From: Thermoproteus tenax Kra 1
GTDB taxonomy: Archaea; Thermoproteota; Thermoprotei; Thermoproteales; Thermoproteaceae
Length of the DNA stretch: 32,000 nucleotides
Reading direction: 5' to 3'
NCBI RefSeq assembly: GCF_000253055.1
Contig: NC_016070.1
Span: 210,001-242,000, forward strand
Part shown: positions 25,077 through 32,000 of the stretch, in pieces
Layout: each line of letters starts with the position of its first letter
Position numbering within the stretch: position 1 is the stretch's first letter
Notes under the pieces: generated by a model
The model's database searches: none
Told to the model about the DNA's origin: nothing
What the model saw: only the letters and a program-made list of their open reading frames with translations
Position numbers and translations under genes: made by a program

Positions 25077-25350
25077 GGCTGATCTGCTCTACGTCCTTAT
25101 TTGTCTTTTGGCTTTGTGGGGTAGCGGCCGTTGGGCGCCTCGGGGCGGCGCAAGCCTCGAGGCGGGGGCCTGGGCGGCGCCTCTTAGGAGGAGGGCTCTC
25201 CTAAGGTCTCTCGATGTGCTGAGGAGGGTTATGAGTCTGCCGGGCCCGGTGGCTAGGCGCGGCCTAACTCAGTACCTCTCGGCCACGGAGGGGGCAAGCC
25301 GTCGCGGGTGAGGACCAGGTGGCCGCGGCTGCGTAGATCGGCATGAGGCC

Positions 25351-26598
25351 CTAGGTGCGGGTTTTCATTCCCCACTCCCTCAGGGCGTTGAGGCCCATGT
25401 ATATTCCTCTCTGCATCTGGTGTATTTGGTACAGGGCTTTGGGGCTTGTGATCCTGTAGCATGGGCCCCTCCTCTGGCCGTGTAGCCTCGCGTAGGGGGC
25501 CACCGAGGCGTTTATGAGTTGGCCGAGTGGGCCGTAGCGCCTCTCCACCTCCCGGGGGCACCACCTGAGGCCGAACAGCGCTGTGGAGGCGTAGTACAGG
25601 GCGTCTTCCCAGGGGGCTATGTACATGGCTCTGGCGGCTCCGTGGCCGCGGCGTTCGACGTAGTCCACGTATTTAGTTGGGTCAAAGCTGTTGACGTAGA
25701 TGTACCAGTTGCTTCTGCCTATTGCGCTTGCCCCGGCGGCTAGGTAGACGTCGTGGTCGACCACGTATTCGTCTATCAAGCCGGCGGTTCGGCTGAAGCA
25801 CCAGGGGGTGGCGGGGGCGTAGCCCCGCTCTGAGGCTGTCTCTAGGATGGCGCCGTATAGGGCCTCCTCCTGGGGGTGCCAGGGCCCCTCCCCCCTCTGC
25901 CTCAGTGTTTTTCTGAGGCCGGGGCCCGGCATGAGAGGGTAGAAGGTGACTTGGCCGACGCCGAGGGATAGAGCCAACGCGGCCTCTCTCCTCAAGGTGG
26001 CGGGGGTGTCCAGCCGCGTGCCCCAGATCATGTCTATGTTTACGGTGGGGAACCTCCCCGCGGCGAGCCTCGCGGCTTGTGCCCCCTGCGCCGCCGTGTG
26101 GGACCTGCGGCCGAGCTCGGCGAGTTTGGCGTCGTAGAGGCTCTGTAGGCCGATGCTCAGCCTCTCCACGCCCGCCTCCTTGAGCACGGAGATGGACTCG
26201 TCTGTGACGTCGGCGGGGTTGGCCTCAACGCTTATGTCCAACCTGCCGAAGTGGCTCTTCGCCACGTCGAGGATCTCGGCCAGGGCGTAGACGTCGACGG
26301 TGGGGGTGCCCCCGCCCACGTATAAGACGTCGACCTTGGCCCCCTCGGCTGCCTCCGCCAGGAACTGCAGCTCCTTTGCCAAGGCCGCCTTGTACCTCCT
26401 GTAGAGGGCGGGGTCGTATGGGTATCTAACGAAGCTACAGAACCTACAGAGGGATCTGCAGAAGGGGATGTGGATATACAGCCCAAACCGGCCTTCGAAC
26501 CTCCTCAACGCGGCGGCGTGTCTCCGGGGGTCTGCTGGCGATCTGCTCAACCTCCCCACGAACCGCTCCACCACGAGGGCGGCGGCGTGTGTAATCAT
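25351..26598 (-). CDS. HemN/HemW-like radical SAM protein (oxygen-independent coproporphyrinogen oxidase family)
   Basis: 'LYIHIPFCRSLCRFCSF' CxxxCxxC motif and 'LYVGGGTPT'. The 415-aa length and layout are typical of the HemN family. Confidence 0.8.
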   Translation of the reverse strand: MITHAAALVVERFVGRLSRSPADPRRHAAALRRFEGRFGLYIHIPFCRSLCRFCSFVRYPYDPALYRRYKAALAKELQFLAEAAEGAKVDVLYVGGGTPTVDVYALAEILDVAKSHFGRLDISVEANPADVTDESISVLKEAGVERLSIGLQSLYDAKLAELGRRSHTAAQGAQAARLAAGRFPTVNIDMIWGTRLDTPATLRREAALALSLGVGQVTFYPLMPGPGLRKTLRQRGEGPWHPQEEALYGAILETASERGYAPATPWCFSRTAGLIDEYVVDHDVYLAAGASAIGRSNWYIYVNSFDPTKYVDYVERRGHGAARAMYIAPWEDALYYASTALFGLRWCPREVERRYGPLGQLINASVAPYARLHGQRRGPCYRITSPKALYQIHQMQRGIYMGLNALREWGMKTRT

Positions 26599-26618
26599 GT
26601 GGGGCGTGGCGCGGCCCC

Positions 26619-27437
26619 CTATAAAGGTGCCATCTCAGTCCCCAAGTCTATAGGCGGCGCGCGGTACGGGGCAGAGGTAACCACCACGTCCACATGTGGG
26701 GCATAAGACGCGATGTTGTGCTCGTCTATGCCCCCCGACGCCCCCACCACCACGCGGGGGTTCACCGCCCTGATCCTCGCCGCCGCCTCCGCCACCTCCT
26801 CCGGGGTCATCCGCTCCAGCTGGATATAGCTAAAACCTGCCTTCGCCGCCTCAACGGCCTCCTCGACGGTGGACACCTCCACGCCGGCTGGCCTAACCGC
26901 AACCGCCCTTGCGGCCTTCTGCAGAGCCCCATCCCCCAGAAAGACCAGGTGGTTTCTAAAGACGAGTACGCCGTCGGAGAGGCAACACCTGTGGACCATA
27001 CCCCCTCCCGCCAGCACCGCCTTGTGATACAGGGCCCTCAGGCCGGGCGGCGTCTTCCGCGTAGCCGCCACCACGACCCTTGGGTTGACCCGCCGCGCCA
27101 GCTCCACCAGCCTCCTCGTCTTCGTGGCGACCCCCGAGGCCCAAGCAACGACCTCCTGCGCCGTCCTCCAGGCGGCGTGTAGACACCGGGCCTCCCCCAC
27201 CGCCCGCAACACGACGTTGCCCCTCCGCGCCAGCTGGCCGCTCCTCTTAACCACCTCCACCTCCCCGCAGCCCGCCAGCCTGTACACCTCAGCCGCCTCC
27301 TCAGACCCAGCTACCACCGCCTCCTCCCTGGCGAAGAGTTGGGCAACCCCCCTCAGACCCCCGATGCCTAGAACCTCAGTAGTCAAGTCGTAGCTCCCCA
27401 GATCCTCCAAAAGCCAAGCCTCCAGCCGGCTCCTCAT
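26619..27437 (-). CDS. Quinolinate phosphoribosyltransferase-fold protein (NadC/ModD family; the context favours ModD-like)
   Basis: 'LLEDLGSYDLTTEVL' N-terminal signature. 272 aa. ATGA overlap with the upstream ModA/WtpA-like binding protein gene. Confidence 0.7.
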   Translation of the reverse strand: MRSRLEAWLLEDLGSYDLTTEVLGIGGLRGVAQLFAREEAVVAGSEEAAEVYRLAGCGEVEVVKRSGQLARRGNVVLRAVGEARCLHAAWRTAQEVVAWASGVATKTRRLVELARRVNPRVVVAATRKTPPGLRALYHKAVLAGGGMVHRCCLSDGVLVFRNHLVFLGDGALQKAARAVAVRPAGVEVSTVEEAVEAAKAGFSYIQLERMTPEEVAEAAARIRAVNPRVVVGASGGIDEHNIASYAPHVDVVVTSAPYRAPPIDLGTEMAPL

Positions 27438-28402
27438 TTGATAAACCCGTACTTCGACAAATCCATCTTCTTCAGCGACTCTATGACGCAGTTGCCTAAC
27501 TCCGTGTAGGAGGCCACGAAGGCCTCGAAGTGGCCAACCCTTATGGTTTTGACCGGCGGGCCAAGGAGGACGGCCACGGCTTTGATGGGCGGGTCCTCCA
27601 CGAAGTCGTAGGGCGGCTTGAAGACGTACACATAGTAGATCCTCCCGTCCGCCTCGGCTGTGTATGGCTCCCAGTAGCTAGTACCGTTGCCGGCGGGCCT
27701 AAGCTGGAGGCCTTTGCCGAGGAGGAAGGGGACGTAGGCGAACATGCAGCGGCCCGCCCCCGCCTCGAACTTAGCCCAAGCGCCGTCCAGGTTGGGGGCT
27801 ACGTCTATCATCTCTGTGTTGGGGAGGGAGCTGGGTATGTAGATGTAGAGCGTGCCGTTGTATACAAACCTCACCCCCAGGGCGGTGTACTTCGCCGTGA
27901 GGTTGACGCCGAGGTCCCGAGACAGCATCCACGCGGCGGCGAGCTCCCTATAGCCGATGGGGGCCTTGTTGGGGTCTGCGAAGACCGTCTTGGCGGAGGC
28001 CAGCTCCTCAAGCGTCGTGGGGCTTCTGCAGACGAGGGCCAGCTTGAACCTCCCCAGCGAGTAGGTCTGGAGGGCTCCCGCCCTCTCGGCATCCGGCCTT
28101 AGCTCTATGTCTACGCATGCAAATATGTCCGGTCTAGCCCCGCCCTGTATCCTCCTGAGGCCTTCTATACATCCCATAGACTGTATACCCCCTGTGCCGA
28201 GCCCCGCGGCCGCTGCAGCATCCCTAACCACCTTGACCAACATAGGCGCCACATACCCCAGAGGCGAGCCCGAGCACGTCTTGGTCGCCGTTGTAGCCGC
28301 CGTCTCGGGTGTCTTCTGTGGTGGCTGTTGGGACTGTAACAGGAAAAAGACTATTGCTACCAAGACTAGAGCTATGACCCCGATTAGGATCACCCGTTGC
28401 AT
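27434..28402 (-). CDS. Oxyanion (molybdate/tungstate-type, ModA/WtpA-like) ABC substrate-binding protein
   Basis: N-terminal TM/signal 'VILIGVIALVLVAIVFFLL' followed by a Thr-rich linker. 'SMGCIEGLRRIQGGARPDIFACVD' resembles the ModA/WtpA 'GSS..L..qI..Ga.pDvf.saD' motif. Confidence 0.65.
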   Translation of the reverse strand: MQRVILIGVIALVLVAIVFFLLQSQQPPQKTPETAATTATKTCSGSPLGYVAPMLVKVVRDAAAAAGLGTGGIQSMGCIEGLRRIQGGARPDIFACVDIELRPDAERAGALQTYSLGRFKLALVCRSPTTLEELASAKTVFADPNKAPIGYRELAAAWMLSRDLGVNLTAKYTALGVRFVYNGTLYIYIPSSLPNTEMIDVAPNLDGAWAKFEAGAGRCMFAYVPFLLGKGLQLRPAGNGTSYWEPYTAEADGRIYYVYVFKPPYDFVEDPPIKAVAVLLGPPVKTIRVGHFEAFVASYTELGNCVIESLKKMDLSKYGFIK

Positions 28403-28623
28403 GTGTATATAAAAATTGTGGTTTATCTATATAACTTATATACGAAATATAAAGTTTAAATTTTTTAAAGTTTTATACTTTTGTATTACATAAATGGCTT
28501 TCTTTTAATTTTTGTCTTATTACTTTGTTTATATATATATTTTTATTCTTATCTTTTATTAAAAATAGTTTATATAGTTTTTTATTATTATTTTTTGTAT
28601 AGGTAACGCCTAAATCCCTGGCT
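28403..28623. promoter_or_regulatory. Extremely AT-rich 221-bp divergent intergenic region
   Basis: The sequence is almost entirely A/T ('tatataaaaattgtggtttatctatataacttatatacgaaatataaagtttaaatttttt...'), between the divergent binding-protein and permease genes, in a GC-rich background. Confidence 0.7.
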
Positions 28624-29325
28624 GTGTTGTTCTCTGTGGTTCTGGCCTTGGCCGCCGTTGCGTTTATAGTACTCCTACTATTTATACTGCCTATCGCCTA
28701 CCTAGGGGCGCTTCCGCCGGGGTTCGCGGAGACGTTTCTCCTCACTGCTCTGTTTAGCGGGGCGGCGGCTGGGCTTGGCCTGCTCCCGGGGCTGGCCGTG
28801 GCCGTCTGGGGCCGTGGGGGCTGGCGGGCGGCCGCGGCGCAGATCCTCTACGCGCCTGCCGTCGTGCCGCCTACGGCGGTGGGGGTTCTCCTCCTGGCGG
28901 CCTTTAGGAACCCCCTCCTGCCGGAGTGGCTCTACGGCTTTTTTGTGAACAGGGCGGCGGGGGTCCTCCTGGCGATGTTCGTCATGGCTCTGCCGGTGTC
29001 CTACGCGGTTTTCGACGGAGCGCTTAAGGACGTGAAGGCGGAGCTCTACTTCAGGTCGCTGGGGCTTGGGGGGCTTAGGCTTCTGGCGGCTCTCCTCCTC
29101 TCGCTGAGGAGGGCGGCCGCGGCGGCTTTCCTGCTGTCCTTCCTCCGGGGCTTCGGGGAGCTTGGGGTGCTCCTCATTTTCGCCTCCTACCCGCCAACCA
29201 TGCCCATCTACATATACCAGACCTTCCTCCAGGAGGGGTTGGGCGCCACGGTGGCGGCCTCCATGGCCGTCGCGGCTCTGGGGGTCTCCACGGCATACCT
29301 ACTGAGGCTATGGCTGTCGAGGTGA
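28624..29325 (+). CDS. ABC transporter permease (ModB/WtpB-like)
   Basis: 233-aa polytopic protein. 'LRGFGELGVLLIFASYPPT' resembles the ModB/CysTW 'GEFGa' segment. GTG start. Confidence 0.7.
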   Translation: MLFSVVLALAAVAFIVLLLFILPIAYLGALPPGFAETFLLTALFSGAAAGLGLLPGLAVAVWGRGGWRAAAAQILYAPAVVPPTAVGVLLLAAFRNPLLPEWLYGFFVNRAAGVLLAMFVMALPVSYAVFDGALKDVKAELYFRSLGLGGLRLLAALLLSLRRAAAAAFLLSFLRGFGELGVLLIFASYPPTMPIYIYQTFLQEGLGATVAASMAVAALGVSTAYLLRLWLSR

Positions 29326-29990
29326 GGGGGCTTAGGGCCAGGAGGGGGAGGTTCCAGCTGGAGGTGGAGCGCCTCTCCGTCAACTCCGTCACGGTGGTGC
29401 TCGGGAGAAACGGCAGCGGGAAGACGACGCTACTCGACGCGATAGCCGGCGCCATACCGGCGGAGGGGTCGGTGGAGGCGTGTGGGAGAGAGGTCTCGCG
29501 CCTCCCGCCGGAGGAGAGGGGGCTCGTATATATACAGTCCACGCCGGTGGACCCCCCCGGCGGCCCCAGGAGGTTCCTGAGGTGGGTGGCGGCGAGGTGG
29601 GGCCGGGGGGAGCGGGAGGTGGAGGAGGTGGCCGCCCTCCTGGGCATAAGGGAGCTTCTGGACAGGAGGGGCCTCTCCACCGGCCAGAAGCAGCTTGTCA
29701 ACATCGCGGCGGGCCTCCTGGCGGGGGCCTGCGGCTTCCTCATGGACGAGCCCACCTCCCACTTGGACTGGTTCAACAAGCAGCTTGTGGACGACGCAGT
29801 GAGGAGGCTGGGCAAGCCCGTCCTCTACGTAACCCACGACCCCTACGAGGCCGCCTACATAGGCGACGTCATATGCGTCATGGAGGAGGGCCGCTTAAAG
29901 AGGTGCGTGGAGAACAACCCCATCGACCTGGCTAAGCCCCTCGTGGAGAGGCTCCTCCAGCCAGAAAACCTAGCCGCCGCTCGGCGCTAA
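29310..29990 (+). CDS. ABC transporter ATPase (ModC/WtpC-like, no TOBE domain)
   Basis: Walker A 'GRNGSGKTT', signature 'LSTGQKQ', Walker B 'FLMDEPTSHLD'. Overlaps the permease gene by 16 nt. Confidence 0.8.
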   Translation: MAVEVRGLRARRGRFQLEVERLSVNSVTVVLGRNGSGKTTLLDAIAGAIPAEGSVEACGREVSRLPPEERGLVYIQSTPVDPPGGPRRFLRWVAARWGRGEREVEEVAALLGIRELLDRRGLSTGQKQLVNIAAGLLAGACGFLMDEPTSHLDWFNKQLVDDAVRRLGKPVLYVTHDPYEAAYIGDVICVMEEGRLKRCVENNPIDLAKPLVERLLQPENLAAARR

Positions 29991-30022
29991 AGCTTATATT
30001 ACACCTGCTGTTGGCGAAACAA

Positions 30023-30093
30023 ATCGCCGTAGTTTAGCGGTCAAGTTCGCGGGTTGCGGTCCCGCCGGCCCGGATTTAAATCCCTGCGGCAAT
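30023..30093 (+). other. tRNA-like element (possible degenerate tRNA-Arg, anticodon GCG) with an upstream TATA-like box
   Basis: 'cttatatta' at about 29993-30001. Canonical-looking D-loop AGCGGTCA (30036-30043). Perfect 5-bp stem GCGGG/CCCGC around a 7-nt loop TTGCGGT (30049-30065). T-loop-like TTTAAAT. However, neither acceptor register (30026-32/30084-90 or 30023-29/30087-93) gives intact D and T stems. Confidence 0.3.
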
Positions 30094-30208
30094 CCTTTCG
30101 CTATTTCCTTCCTAGGGCTGGCCATTAGCTAATGGTGATCCACCCTGGGGTCTGGCGATCTGGGGGCGACCGGCGGCGGAGGATTCTTGTTACACGTCAC
30201 AAAACGTG

Positions 30209-30961
30209 TTATCCCGGCGGCTGTTGAGGAACTACTGCGGGAATTTCCCAAAGTATCTTCGTCTTGACGCCGTAGACGTCGTATATGACGTCTTCTCTAA
30301 AGACGGCTTTTATAGGCCCCGCGGCGTATACCTCCCCGCGGGACATAAATATGGCGTAGTCGGCGTACCTCAGTGCCATGTTCAAATCGTGTAGAACAGC
30401 CACCACAGTGACGTCGCTGGAGAGCTTCCTCAATAGCGAGGCCGCCTCCAGCTGGTGTCTCAGATCTAGGTTGTTGAAGGGCTCATCCAGCAGGAGGACC
30501 CTCGGCTCCACCGCGAGTGCCCTAGCCAGGAGGACCAGCTGGAACTCGCCTCCGCTCAGCTCCTCCAGAAACCTATCCCTCAAGTGGCTGATCCCGACGC
30601 GCTTGAGGGCATCCTCGGCGGCTCTGTAGTCCCCAGCGGTGGGGAAGAAGCGGAAGTAGGGCTTCCTAGAGCTCACCACCAGGTCGATGACCCTCAGCCG
30701 GCCCCCCGGGGTGGCCCTCTGCGGGACGTAGCCCACCGTCCTATACAGCTCCTCCCTCCGCGGAATCCTCCCGTCGAAGTACACCGCCCCCCTCCTGGGC
30801 TTTAGGACAGACGCCATGATCTTCATGAGGGTGCTTTTCCCAGCCCCGTTTGGCCCGAGCACCGCCGTAAAAGACCGCGGCGGGATCTCCACGGTGACCC
30901 CCCTAAGCGCCGGCCGTGAAGGGTAGCTGAACTCAACCTCTTCTATCTTAATACTCACCAT
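30209..30961 (-). CDS. ABC ATPase of the iron-siderophore/cobalamin (FepC/BtuD) type
   Basis: Walker A 'GPNGAGKSTLMK', signature 'LSGGEFQLVLLARAL', Walker B 'LLLDEPFNNLD'. Confidence 0.85.
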   Translation of the reverse strand: MVSIKIEEVEFSYPSRPALRGVTVEIPPRSFTAVLGPNGAGKSTLMKIMASVLKPRRGAVYFDGRIPRREELYRTVGYVPQRATPGGRLRVIDLVVSSRKPYFRFFPTAGDYRAAEDALKRVGISHLRDRFLEELSGGEFQLVLLARALAVEPRVLLLDEPFNNLDLRHQLEAASLLRKLSSDVTVVAVLHDLNMALRYADYAIFMSRGEVYAAGPIKAVFREDVIYDVYGVKTKILWEIPAVVPQQPPG

Positions 30962-31964
30962 ACTTTCTCAGCCTAAAGAGCAGGGCCAGTATGAAGGCTG
31001 CCCCCACGAAGCTTAAAGTGATCCCCACCGGTATTATCACGGGAGGCTTCGCCACCCTCCCCACGATGTCTGCCCCCAGCACAAGGGCGGCGCCGGCCGC
31101 CGCGGAGGCGGGGATAAGCCTCGTGTGGCTTCCCCCCACCAGAAGCCTCGCTATATGCGGAGCCGCCAGGCCCACGAAGCCGATTACCCCCGTGAAGGAC
31201 ACCAACACCGCCACCGCCAGCGTCACGGCCACGAGGGTGGTCAACCTCAGCCTGGCGGGGTCCACCCCCGAGGTCTTCGCCACCTCTTCCCCCACGGCCA
31301 CCAGGTTGTACCCCGCCGAGTTGGCGAGGAAGTAGAGAGCTGAGGCGGCCGCCACGGCGAGAAGCATAAAGCTCTCCCAGTAGCTGGGCCTCCCCACGTC
31401 TCCAAACGTCCAGAAGACCACAGCCGCCGTCTGTATATCGTTGAGGTAGAGGTACTGGAGGAGGGCCAGCGCCGCCTGATACACGGAGGAGACCACCACC
31501 ATCGCCAGAACCACAGAGGCCACGCTGAAGCCGGTCAACGAGGCGAGGAAGAGCACGAGGAGGCCGTTCAAGAGGGCCGAGAGGAAGGCCAACCCCACGA
31601 CGAGGTAGGGGTTGGATATGTCCAACAGACCGCGCGTGACTGTCCCCGCCCCCGCCACCATCACCGCCACAGCCACGCCCAAGGCTGCCGCCTGGGGGAT
31701 CCCGAGGGTGAAGGGCGAGGCGAGGGGGTTCCTCAAAACCGCCTGTAGAGCGGCCCCCGCAACCGCAAGCGTAGCCCCCACAGCCACAGCCGTCACAGCC
31801 CTCGCTAGACGCATCTTCGCCACAAGCGCCTCAGTCCCAGATCCCCACAACGCCGCCTTAAGCACATCCAGAGGGCTGTAGTTGTACGCTCCAACTGAAA
31901 GCGAGGAGAGGAAAAGTGCCACCAAAACCCCAACCAACAGGAGATACGATGCTAAGACCCGCAT
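30948..31964 (-). CDS. FecCD/BtuC-family ABC permease
   Basis: 338-aa polytopic protein. 'LRNPLASPFTLGIPQAAALGVA' and 'GVIGFVGLAAPHIARLLVG' are typical FecCD motifs. Overlaps the ATPase gene by 14 nt. Confidence 0.85.
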   Translation of the reverse strand: MRVLASYLLLVGVLVALFLSSLSVGAYNYSPLDVLKAALWGSGTEALVAKMRLARAVTAVAVGATLAVAGAALQAVLRNPLASPFTLGIPQAAALGVAVAVMVAGAGTVTRGLLDISNPYLVVGLAFLSALLNGLLVLFLASLTGFSVASVVLAMVVVSSVYQAALALLQYLYLNDIQTAAVVFWTFGDVGRPSYWESFMLLAVAAASALYFLANSAGYNLVAVGEEVAKTSGVDPARLRLTTLVAVTLAVAVLVSFTGVIGFVGLAAPHIARLLVGGSHTRLIPASAAAGAALVLGADIVGRVAKPPVIIPVGITLSFVGAAFILALLFRLRKYGEY

Positions 31965-32000
31965 TTGAACTCCGTCAGCTGTCTAAATCCTCCTTTGAAG

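Noticed and set aside
28403-28623. AT-rich spacer as a replication origin
   Set aside because: I see no flanking ORB-like inverted repeats and no cdc6/orc1 or other replication gene nearby. A divergent promoter region is the simpler explanation.

Overview
The window looks like a high-GC crenarchaeal chromosome segment. I infer Thermoproteales (Pyrobaculum/Thermoproteus-like) from three things: a 24-nt GAATC...GAAGG CRISPR repeat, a split Cas3'/Cas3'' type I-A module, and many ATGA-overlapped, apparently leaderless genes.

Gene content from left to right:
- a secreted glycoprotein N-terminus (partial)
- a CaCA exchanger
- a ModE-type regulator
- a membrane-anchored coiled-coil/DsbA-like protein
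- an ATP-cone protein
- FeoB and a TusA-like protein
- a McrBC-like type IV restriction pair, with a divergent Cys-rich orphan
- an interference-only type I-A cas operon (csa5-cas7-cas5a-cas8a?-cas3'-cas3''-cas6)
- a 25-repeat CRISPR array
- about 1.6 kb with no credible ORF, including a strongly G+T-skewed block
- a coiled-coil protein
- an overlapping DprA/ComF-like pair
- a visibly AT-richer, tightly packed five-gene cassette: small basic ORF, proteasome/HslV-like Ntn hydrolase, two orphans, and a protein with a PD-(D/E)xK-like C-terminus
- a gene frameshifted at a G6 run
- a HemN-like radical SAM / ModD-NadC-like / ModA-WtpA-like operon, divergent from its ABC permease and ATPase across an extremely AT-rich spacer
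- a tRNA-like element
- a FecCD/FepC-type ABC transporter

The best candidates for something undescribed are the low-GC Ntn-hydrolase/nuclease cassette (20859-24449), possibly together with the DprA/ComF pair, and the ORF-free skewed region next to the CRISPR leader. All functional calls come from motif recognition by eye; no searches were run.
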